A stretch of 63,016 bases of DNA, counting the filler. It is 14 parts of 14 records of this genome, joined end to end, with 100 filler letters (N's around TTAATTAATTAA, not from the genome) between each part and the next. Parts side by side here need not be neighbours in the genome. Positions count along the whole stretch, not along the records: positions 11,781 to 15,639 come from SRR7504441_109882; positions 15,740 to 19,029 come from SRR7504441_109915; positions 19,130 to 22,450 come from SRR7504441_109960; positions 22,551 to 25,743 come from SRR7504441_109982; 10 more parts are not named here. The stretch is one strand, 5' to 3'. Under the pieces are notes generated by a model. The model ran no database searches. It was not told the DNA's origin and saw only the letters and a list, made by a program, of their open reading frames with translations. Of the stretch, positions 13,452 to 22,760 are shown in pieces. Position 1 is the stretch's first letter; every line of letters begins with the position of its first letter. The translations under genes were made by a program, and so were the position numbers.

Positions 13452-14066
13452 ATGTCTCGAATGTCGGCCACTGCACCGTTCGGGATCACCCACACGCACG
13501 CCACATCGATCCGGCCAGCCCCGGGGCTCACGCTCCGCCGGGCCCGGCAGCAGAAGCTCCGGCTGGGCCAGCTCTCCATCAGGCCAGCCCGGGCCGGGGA
13601 GGTGGAGACGGTCGCCCGGATGTGGGCAGACCTCTACCCGGACCAGGCCGTCGCCCACCTGCCGGCCGAGTTCCTTGCCGAGCGGCAGCTCGCGCAGTTC
13701 AGGCCGAGGGTGGTTGAGCGGCTGGGGCACACGCTGGTGGCTGCTGACAGCGACAGGAGGCTGGTCGGATTCTGCGTTGCAAAGGACGGCGAGATCGAGC
13801 AGCTGTTCGTCTCACGGGATGTGCGCGGGACTGGCGTGGCAGGCCGGCTGCTCGAGTGCGGGGAGCGGGTGCTGGCGGCGCAGGGCAGGACAGTGGCCTG
13901 CCTGTGGGTGTTTGATACCAATGGGCGGGCGCTGCGCTTTTACGAGCGGCAGGGCTGGCGGGTCTGCGGGGTGGAGGAGCACATGGTGCAAGTCAGCGGG
14001 GGGAGCTACCCGCTACAGCTGGTCCGGTGCGAGAAGGAATTGGGCCCTAGCACGACGGCAACGTGA
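13452..14066 (+). CDS. GNAT-family N-acetyltransferase (true start may be downstream)
   Basis: IRPARAGE start, IEQLFVSRDVRGTGVAGRLL (acetyl-CoA motif A), LWVFDTNGRALRFYERQGW (motif B). Confidence 0.9.
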   Translation: MSRMSATAPFGITHTHATSIRPAPGLTLRRARQQKLRLGQLSIRPARAGEVETVARMWADLYPDQAVAHLPAEFLAERQLAQFRPRVVERLGHTLVAADSDRRLVGFCVAKDGEIEQLFVSRDVRGTGVAGRLLECGERVLAAQGRTVACLWVFDTNGRALRFYERQGWRVCGVEEHMVQVSGGSYPLQLVRCEKELGPSTTAT

Positions 14067-14314
14067 TAAATGATGCATCAGATCTAGCACAAGCAATATA
14101 AGTACCGTGAGTACGAGTACAGTAAGCATCTACGTACTTAGAAACAACTAACATTACACTTCGTTGATCGAAACTAACCTCGGAATACGACGATCTTGGA
14201 AATTGCCGAAAGATAAACTGATTGCAGCATGTATACGTTTCATAACCCAATATTTATCTGAGCTTATTACCAAACGATTGCGTGGTTTGACGTAGCTCAT
14301 TAATGCTCAAGATG

Positions 14315-15508
14315 TCACTCAAATGTGACGACCGCCTGTACATTGTCGCAGCCCTTGTCCACGCAACGGTGCATGTGTGTGGCGCCAACACCATACTGGA
14401 TAGCAAAGCTGTGATTGGGCAGCTGGACCACGGATGAGTACGTTGTGGCTGCGGATCGGTCATCCAGGCTTACTGCCAGTTCCCAAGAGCGCCCAGCGTC
14501 GGTGGACGAGAATAAACTCATGTTGACCCGCTGGTATTCATTGCTAGGATTGGTGAACACAAGCATGGAACCCGTTTCAAAGCTGTCAGTCGTCATTGAA
14601 CCAAACACAATAGGATCTATCAACGTCTCCGCCAGGTACAGCGGCGAGGACCAGGAGGCCCCAGCGTCGTTGGACCAGCTGATGCCACGGTGGACGGAAT
14701 GGGACCTGCTGCCTATGTAATTTCTAGAATTCATTACGAGAGTGCCATTGGCAAGCTCGGCCAGGCTGCACTCGTTAGTGGTGGCAGTGTCCAGCGAGCC
14801 CCCGATCTGCCACGACTCACCCCCGTCGTCAGAATAGATGACGTGTGAGAAAGAGTGGGCCTGAACAGCATCGTTTATCCAGGTCCCGTTCTGGTGGTCG
14901 CAGCAAACCAGCAGCCGCCCGTTCCTGCCACCCGCCCCTTGGTGCTCCAGCTGTACACCGCTGAAGGTGGTGGCATACCAGCCCCAGGCCCGCGGATCCG
15001 GAATCAGCCCCGGGGGCTTGACAGTCGCGGTAATGTCCTTGGCTTGGCTCCAGCTTTGCCCGTTATCATCGGAGAAAGACAGGAGCACGTCCGTGTTGTT
15101 GCGGCACATGAGCACAATCACACGCCCTGTGTTCCGGTCGAGTACCGCCGCCTGGTTCCCGATCACCACCTGGTGCGTCTTATTGCTCTCGGAGTGCACC
15201 AGCACCGCCGGCAGCCACGATCTGCCGTTATCGTCCGACCGCTTGACCAGGATATCGTGCCGGCCGCTGTCATCCTCGACGGATCCGGACGGGCCGGCCT
15301 TGCGGGCCTCGCTGAGGCTGAGCAGCGAGCCATTGGAAGTGAGCAGGAGCTGAGGCGCCCCGTATATGTCGTACTGAAGCCCGGCCGCTCTCTCTCCGAA
15401 CCGCCACACCGTTGAAAATCCCTCAACCCGCGCCGTCCGGGCGCCGCGGGTGATGCGGCTGAGCAGGGCGACCACAAGCAAGCTGGCCAAGCTCGCGCGT
15501 CCTGTCAT
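14315..15508 (-). CDS. Secreted BNR/Asp-box sialidase-fold (GH33-like) glycoside hydrolase
   Basis: Signal peptide; five Asp boxes (SDDNGRSW, SDDNGQSW, SDDGGESW, SNDAGASW, STDAGRSW); EAR, NEC, MNSR and YSS sialidase-type motifs. Confidence 0.85.
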   Translation of the reverse strand: MTGRASLASLLVVALLSRITRGARTARVEGFSTVWRFGERAAGLQYDIYGAPQLLLTSNGSLLSLSEARKAGPSGSVEDDSGRHDILVKRSDDNGRSWLPAVLVHSESNKTHQVVIGNQAAVLDRNTGRVIVLMCRNNTDVLLSFSDDNGQSWSQAKDITATVKPPGLIPDPRAWGWYATTFSGVQLEHQGAGGRNGRLLVCCDHQNGTWINDAVQAHSFSHVIYSDDGGESWQIGGSLDTATTNECSLAELANGTLVMNSRNYIGSRSHSVHRGISWSNDAGASWSSPLYLAETLIDPIVFGSMTTDSFETGSMLVFTNPSNEYQRVNMSLFSSTDAGRSWELAVSLDDRSAATTYSSVVQLPNHSFAIQYGVGATHMHRCVDKGCDNVQAVVTFE

Positions 15509-15749
15509 CAGTGACCTGCCCGCCCGGCGCGGCTTTGGAGGCTTTGGAGTCTTGGCGCGCGGAGGGGTCTTGCGAAGCTGCTTGGCGGGAGGGCGGATAC
15601 GATTCCGTTAAGGGTTTAGCCAACGAACGCGTTCACCAANNNNNNNNNNNNNNNNNNNNNNNNNNNNNNNNNNNNNNNNNNNNTTAATTAATTAANNNNN
15701 NNNNNNNNNNNNNNNNNNNNNNNNNNNNNNNNNNNNNNNGCTCCCACTG

Positions 15750-17249
15750 ATGAGCCTGGCGCTAGTGGATCACAGCTTGCTGCCACCGTATCGGCACGGG
15801 CTGCCCACCCGACCGCGGCTGCTGCTCACCGACTTTGGCGGCGTCCCCGATGGCCAGACCAACAACCAGCAAGCCTTCCGGCGCGCGCTGGCCCACTGTG
15901 ACTCGCTACCGGCCGGATGCGCCCTCGAACTGCCTGCCGCGCCGCCCAACACACCCACTGTGTACCGCACCAGCGCCATCAATTTAACCTCCAGGCTGGA
16001 CCTCATAATCCCGCCCAACGTCACCCTGCGAGCCACAGAGACGGACCCCGACAACTGGGGGGCGGCCTGGCCGACACTCGAGCACAGCAGCGCGCCCAGC
16101 CCGTGCGCAGGCACGCCCGGCAACTGCGGGTGCGGCCCGGCGAAGCAAGGCTGGCTGCGGGGATACAATGTGAGCCAGCTGTCGGTGGGTGGGGGCGGGA
16201 CGATCCACGGCGGCGGGAGGTACTGGTGGTGCGTGCGATCCAACTGGCAGCACGGCCACGCCAGGTGGCAGCCTGCGATGCAGCGGCACGGCTGCGCGAC
16301 CACCAAGGCACTGCCCAATGTGAGCCGGGCGGGCCAGCTGCTCGCTACCTGCCCGCCTCGGATGGTGCACATTGTCGAGTCGCACGATGTCAGATTGTAC
16401 GACCTCAACGTTCGCTGGGCCGGCTATTGGACGGTGCACTTCCAGTTCTCGGATCAAGTGCTCGTGGAAGGTGTGCACATCTGGAACCCGAGCAATACGA
16501 CCTTCAATGGCCCCAATGGTGATGGGATAGATGTTGACTCATCGACTAACGTCTTGGTACGAGATAGCATCGTCGACGCTGCAGACGACGCGTTGTGTAT
16601 CAAGTCTGGGGCCGACTGGTTGGGCAGGCAGGTGGGTAGGCCCACCGAGAATGTGCTGTTTACCAACATCGAAGTACGTAACGGGCACGGATTAACCCTG
16701 GGCTCCGACTGTTCGGGGGGTGCGAGGAATATAACCTGGCGGCACATCTACCTGAACGGCCGCGGGCCCACCTGCACGATAGATGGTGTTAATACGTGTG
16801 GGAACGGGCCGGGCAGGGGGGTTGGGCCAGGGGGGCCTCACTGGAAGACAGGCCGAGGGCGGGGTGGGACGTGGGAGGATGTAATGTGGGATGATATATA
16901 CGGAGACACAACCATGAATGCGATCGCCTTCGAGGGGGGCAATTACATTGCAGCACCGCCCACCAACATGAGTGCGACGCCCAAGCTGAGAAATATTACC
17001 GTCCAGAATCTCAAGCTCACAAATGTTAACGGAGCATATCAAGGGATCAGCACGCTACAGGAGTCGCCTATTGAAGGCCTGTTCCTGCGCAACGTGAGTT
17101 TTACGATGGCCAAGGAGCACCGAGCTGCGTGGACTTGCGTGGCAGATTGCACAGGGCCTAAGCCGGGGGAAGGTTGCATCAATCGTGTCTTTGCGAGTGG
17201 TACTCTTCAAGATGTCTCACCACCGCTCCCTAAAGAGTGCCAGTACTGA
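15750..17249 (+). CDS. GH28 polygalacturonase-like beta-helix glycoside hydrolase (possibly 5'-partial)
   Basis: DFGGVPDGQTNNQQAF start, PNGDGIDVDSS, DDALCIKSG, GHGLTLGS, KTGRGRGG. Confidence 0.88.
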   Translation: MSLALVDHSLLPPYRHGLPTRPRLLLTDFGGVPDGQTNNQQAFRRALAHCDSLPAGCALELPAAPPNTPTVYRTSAINLTSRLDLIIPPNVTLRATETDPDNWGAAWPTLEHSSAPSPCAGTPGNCGCGPAKQGWLRGYNVSQLSVGGGGTIHGGGRYWWCVRSNWQHGHARWQPAMQRHGCATTKALPNVSRAGQLLATCPPRMVHIVESHDVRLYDLNVRWAGYWTVHFQFSDQVLVEGVHIWNPSNTTFNGPNGDGIDVDSSTNVLVRDSIVDAADDALCIKSGADWLGRQVGRPTENVLFTNIEVRNGHGLTLGSDCSGGARNITWRHIYLNGRGPTCTIDGVNTCGNGPGRGVGPGGPHWKTGRGRGGTWEDVMWDDIYGDTTMNAIAFEGGNYIAAPPTNMSATPKLRNITVQNLKLTNVNGAYQGISTLQESPIEGLFLRNVSFTMAKEHRAAWTCVADCTGPKPGEGCINRVFASGTLQDVSPPLPKECQY

Positions 17250-17397
17250 TTGATGTAATTCGTGTCATTGTTGTGGAGTTAAATATTGTGGAGTAATAAA
17301 GCTACCTGGTAGAGTAAAGCTGGCGTGCTATGAGTGCTCAGCAAATTATAACGGCTCGGTCAAGTGCACGTGGGCGCGGCTGCGTTAAAGCCGAGCG

Positions 17398-19029
17398 ATG
17401 AGCAGTGGCAGCTCGCCCGACGGTCGACAGTCGACCCCGCGCCAGCCAAAAACGTGCGTCCTCATGCCTCCGAGCCGCACTGAAGCTGGGTGGATCAGGG
17501 CGCGGGACAGCGGGCAGTGGTTCGCGAAAACCCTGACGCTCCAGCGGCTGCGGACGCTCTCGGCAGCTCAGGCGGGTGGGGGCTGGGGTCAGGGCGGAGC
17601 GGGGGCAGGCGGAGGTGCTCAAGGAGCTCAAGTTCGGGCAGGTGTCCTGGGTGCTCCAGGGGCTGCTGTTGGTCTGGCTCTACTCGCTGCTGCTCCGATA
17701 CTGGGCCGACCAGTGGCGGGCCCAGCAAGCCGAATCGGACCCGTTCGCCCAGTCCTGGCTCTCGTACCCAGTGGGCTGGACCGTGCTCTACCTCGGGCTG
17801 GTCCGGTCGGTCAGCCGGCACATGGAGACCCGAGCCCCGTTCGAGTCACGGGTGTACGAGGCGATGCTGGTGTACAACCTGTACCAGATCTGCCTCAACA
17901 TGTGGTGCTTTGGGGCCTTCCTGCTCGAGCACCGCCGGCTGGGGATGAGTGTGTGGGGGAACGCTCACGACAAGTCGCCAGCTGGGTGGAGGATAGGGTT
18001 TCTGATCTGGGTGCACTACAACAACAAGTACGTTGACATGCTCGACACGGTGTTCATCCTGATCCGGAAGAAGTACAACCAGATGACCTTCCTGCACTAC
18101 TTCCAAAGGCTGGTGCTCATTTGGTCCTGGTTCTTGGTCACCCGGCTCGGGTGCGGCGGCGACTCGTACTTTGGGGCCATGCTGCACTCGGGCGTCTCCG
18201 TGATCACATACTCTTACTACCTGTTTGCCCAGCTCGACTTGCCGCTGCCCCGGGGCTGGAAGTCGGCCGTGGTCCGGCTGCACATGCTTCAGTTTGCAGT
18301 CTGCGCCGCGCACTCGCTGTTTGTGTTATGGCACGCCAACATGCCTCGCCCGCTCGCGCTCATACAGCTGATCACGATGGCCTGGATGCTCCTCCTCTTT
18401 ATGAACTTTGACGCCGCCGACAAGGAGCCGGCAATTCGGCCGGACCAGTCGGGCCGCCGGCTCACGCTCTCTTTCGACTCGTCTGGCTGGCTCTACTTGT
18501 ACCACTTTGGGGTGCCTGACGCCAGGCCGCTGTGGCTTTATCGGGCTTGTCAGGTGGCTCAGTTTGTAGAGGAATGCCTGGTCCCGCATCAGGACCCGAG
18601 CCTGGCCTACTCCGGCTCGTCCGGCGGAGCGCTTGCGGCCACAGCGCTCGCTGCCCGAGTGCCAATCAAGTCGCTGGTCGAGATGATCGTAGGCTGCCGC
18701 GAGATTTGCAAGTTTAATCCGTTCATGATGCTCCCGTCGGCCGAGCGGGTGCTCCAGGCCCAGGTGCCTGATGACGGGCACACTGTGGCCACCGGCAAGC
18801 TGCGGGTGCTCAACACTCGGATCCTGCTCAAGCCGCCGTTCGTGACCGGGCAGGTGGTCAGCTCGTTCGACTCTCGGGCCGAGCTGATCCGGGCGCTGCG
18901 GGCCTCGTGCCACATCCCGCTGATCGGCGGGCTGCTCCCCTACAAGACCCGGCACGGCTGGATGTACGACGGGATGTTCTGGAGCAGCGCGCTGCTCATC
19001 CCGTGGCGCACGTTCAGGCACTAACCCTA
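17398..19029 (+). CDS. ELO/GNS1-SUR4 elongase-like membrane domain fused to a patatin-like (PNPLA-type) lipase domain; 3'-partial
   Basis: KYVDMLDTVFILIRKK..QMTFLH (ELO), then SFDSSGWLYLYHFGV, SGSSGG, ALRASCHIP and YDG (patatin) in one frame. Introns: 17572-17608 (GC-AG) and 18512-18553 (GT-AG). Confidence 0.8.
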
Positions 19030-19590
19030 NNNNNNNNNNNNNNNNNNNNNNNNNNNNNNNNNNNNNNNNNNNNTTAATTAATTAANNNNNNNNNNNNNNN
19101 NNNNNNNNNNNNNNNNNNNNNNNNNNNNNCCGAGTTACCGAGTTACACAACTATGGATGATTCACACGGCCGAGTTTACTGGCTTGAAGTGGCCGCTGGT
19201 CACCACGACCCTCGTCGAGGGTGCCCCGGCGGATAATCAAGTTCATCAATCCAGCTACGTACGGACAGAGAGCAGTTTGCAGCCCTGAAGGGTGAGATCT
19301 ACGGTGCGTGCCGGCGCAGTATGGCAACGCACGTTCCGGGCCTGGATACATGTACTAGGGCAGGGATTTACCCGGGGAACAGAAGCTGCCAACGAGCTTC
19401 AGTCCCATCTATCAACTGCAGAGCGGGTGCTGAAGGAGCATCTGGACAGTGGTCAGTCTCAGAGCGAACCTGGAGGAAAAGCGGGACCTGCGACGCAAGA
19501 TGCGACTGCATATTAAGGTGCATTTGAAACCTACCCCGGGTATTTATGTCCCTAGGCCTGGCGTACTACGTAGAGCTACTGTACTTTTTG

Positions 19591-22387
19591 TCACACAAAA
19601 GTCCTACTATACTTTTTGATCTCGTGCATGATACTTGGCAACGAGACAATCTCTTTTGAGAATGCATTGGGACCAAATATCGATTTGACAATATCAAGAA
19701 ATCGTGTGTAATACAGAAGCAACTGGGTGAGCACCTGATTCAACTGAGCACAGCTGAGCTTAGCAAGGGCTCACATGCTTTAAGATGTCCATTCCATTCT
19801 TGAAGTTGGAGAAATACTTCATGACAGCCCCATTTACCTTATTTCAAACCATCAGGGCCAGTGCTCTGATCATAAGAACCTTGTCTATCGCACCCTGCCA
19901 ATTCTTGGAAAATTCTGCAAGGCATTCATGGTCAGGTCCGATTCCCAAGTGACAGCAGAGTACCATCAAGCAAGTCCACAACAAAATCCTGCTTGTATGG
20001 CAAGTCAGCTTCACTGGTCTGCCCAGCCTGCCCATCGATTGAGCGGAGGCATGCTGGCAGGTGCCTGCACAAGAGGTTCAACCTCCTTGACGTATCCAAT
20101 CAGCTTGCTAAAGTACGTTTGCAGCTCATCTTCCACAAACGCGGCGGTGGCTGTGGACAGCAGCTCCTCCAATCTGTCCGTCTAATCAGACCGCCAGTGG
20201 TCGCTTTGTCACTTTGTTGTGTCGTCGCAGGTCACGTTTCTCTCCTTCAGTACAGAGAGCACCAGGTCGTAGTTGTTGATCAGGAAGATGTGCCGCTGTT
20301 TGCTTGCTGCCAGCCCTTGTGACATGCTCACTAGCCGTGCTTCCATCGCCTCGAGGAAGTTACGCATGTTGTGCATGAGCATCGTGTTGTCGACGCCTTG
20401 ATTGAGCGAATGGATCGACGCCGCCAGCTCCGCATACTTTCGCGCAATGAAATGCGGGTGCGAGTCGCTTATTTTGGGCCGGTCTCGTGGATTGGTCACT
20501 GAAACTAAGTTGGCGTCAAACACCCTTTTGAAACGAGGCCATAGGCTGAGGTTCACTCGGTCGAAAGTGGCGTCCAGCACCTGCCCACCCACACTGTACA
20601 AGGCAAAAGAGCATAGGCTGTCACAGGGACTCTGCGGCGGGACATAATAAGCTGGTGGTCCCGAGTCAGTCGGATCATAAGGAGCAGCCCGACAGCGTCA
20701 TGACAGTCCACTAGGTGAGTCTCGACAGCCTCCATGAAGAAACCTAAAGCCCAGCCACCAAACCTCAGGTCAGGCAGGGCAGCAATGGCTGCCTATGGTC
20801 TTGGCAAAGATTTGATGGAAGATTGAATCCATCCGGCCAAAAAATTGGTGGGTGAAGAGGTACTCGGTGGTAGCAGACTCACACAACAGGTGCAGCATTG
20901 ACCGAAACAATGCTTCAAAAGGGAATTTCTCCTTCTTTTCAGCAGCAATGTGCGGAATTATTGAATCAGACGAGACCTAAGTAAGTCCGTGACGCGTGCC
21001 GAGCAGGGCATGCACGGACCTCTTCAAGAACTTTGCCCCGGTCCCCTAGAGAGAACACAGAGGTGCGATTAGTCATGCTCTTGTTCCCCGCCATCGACGC
21101 AAACAGCGAGCCTCGGCTGCTATCCGAGACCCCGACGAGGTCGTTCTTTGTGGCCACCTGGCCGTCACTGGCTCAGAACTTACCAGATTTTAGCGTCGCG
21201 CCTCGTATTCAAGCTTGAGCAGCGACCCAGCGTATACCTTGAACTTGCTATGATAGTAGCGACTCATCGTGTCCACATACGAAGCCCGCACCTACTTGTG
21301 GTCAGCCACCCAAAGTCGAGGTCAGCGCTTGCCTCCACCGAGATCTCTGGCGCATGCGCCGCCAGGAAAGTGTTGAAATACTTATACTTGAGTAGCACAT
21401 TCTGCTGCAGGATCTGAATGTTTGTCCGCTTATTCTTGAGCTGTTCTACCTGCGATCCTGTCATCGCCATACCGGCTACAGCACGCGCCTTCTGCATCAG
21501 GAAATCGCGGATCCGTGCAGCCGCCTTGGCCCTCAGCTTCTCGAGCTCTGGCTCCACGTCCTGGAAGGCCAATGTCTGTCGGGCACGATCGTCCTGTGCC
21601 TGCTCAGTCGACGGCTGCTAGTTGATCCTGACCATTAGGCAACTCATCTTTTTACTTAGCGCCACAATAAACTCGAGATATGCATCGTTCACCTGCCGCT
21701 CCAGGCTCAGTCCGGCCAATGCTGAGCTGGCACCTCTGCCTCACAGACGTTGTTGACCAGATCTGGCGGCAGTGCGACTGAATCAATAAACTGCCAGCGG
21801 CCCTTCACATCCCCGTCAGCAGCCCAGGCAACACCTGCCGCAGCTTGGCCTCCACAGACTTCCGATTCCGCAGCTTCAGTTTCATCGAAAGCGATTCTTC
21901 CTGCGCAGCAGCGGGTGAGCCCAGTAAAGCTGGCCCTGCCCGCCTGTAGGTGTCTAATCTCGGAGGAAATGTTGCCCAGACTGGTCTGAAAGCTGGTTAG
22001 CATCTGCTCCATGTTTCCCAGCACCTATCGCCCCCAGCTCTCCCCCCTCGCCGCTCCGGTGCACCTCGTCGCACTCAGCGATCTCCTGGTGCAAAGTTTC
22101 CAGATGTGACGACTCCTTCAGGTAGTCCTCCACCTGCCCGAGCCTTCCCTCGCGCCAGCCAGCCGGTCACACCGAGGCGGTCTCGATCTCGCGCATCTCC
22201 GCCTCCACTTGCTTGGCGCTCTCTCGGATACCCGCCGCCTCCGTGAGCACCTGCCCGGCTGGGTGAGAGCCCTAGAGGGGGCCGCCGGGCCAGCCTGTGC
22301 GATAACGGGGTCGTCGGCGAGCTGCGAGAGCTCCTCGTCTAGCCCATCCAACCCGTCCAGCGGGAAGTTCTCCACCAGCGCGGCCAT
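19591..22387 (-). CDS. VPS52: GARP/EARP complex subunit Vps52, multi-exon
   Basis: Spliced protein includes VEDYLKESSHLETLHQEIAECDEVLGNMEQMLTSFQTSLGNISSEIRHLQ, DVEPELEKLRAKA, PHFIARKYAE, IFLINNYDLVL and QLLLYYTRF, ending EIKKYSRTFV*. More than 10 introns of about 39-44 nt. Confidence 0.93.
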
Positions 22388-22760
22388 AGCCTACCGGTAC
22401 ATGGCACCTCTCTCTTTCACAGTATTGTCGTTCTCGCTGAACTTCGACCCNNNNNNNNNNNNNNNNNNNNNNNNNNNNNNNNNNNNNNNNNNNNTTAATT
22501 AATTAANNNNNNNNNNNNNNNNNNNNNNNNNNNNNNNNNNNNNNNNNNNNGGATCGCGTTTCCGGTCTCAAAAATGAGATGAAACAATTTTTCAACACCA
22601 AAAATTCGATATTTTGTGTTTTTTCAGTGTTTTTCTCACTTTTTGTGTTGTCGTGGCTATAGGTTGGGCCAAGTCGGCTGACTCCCTGTTGTGAATCTAG
22701 TAACGATTCCATCCAGGCAAACGCAGATGCCTTGTGCTCCCATGTGCGTACACTCACAAC

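Noticed and set aside
13374-13730. N-terminal extension of ORF 11733-13730 overlapping the GNAT gene antisense
   Set aside because: It crosses an AT-rich intergenic patch and the GNAT gene. The ATG at 13373 is the more plausible start.
14315-17249. Sialidase-like gene next to GH28, resembling a polysaccharide utilisation cluster
   Set aside because: The two genes are on different contigs separated by a linker.
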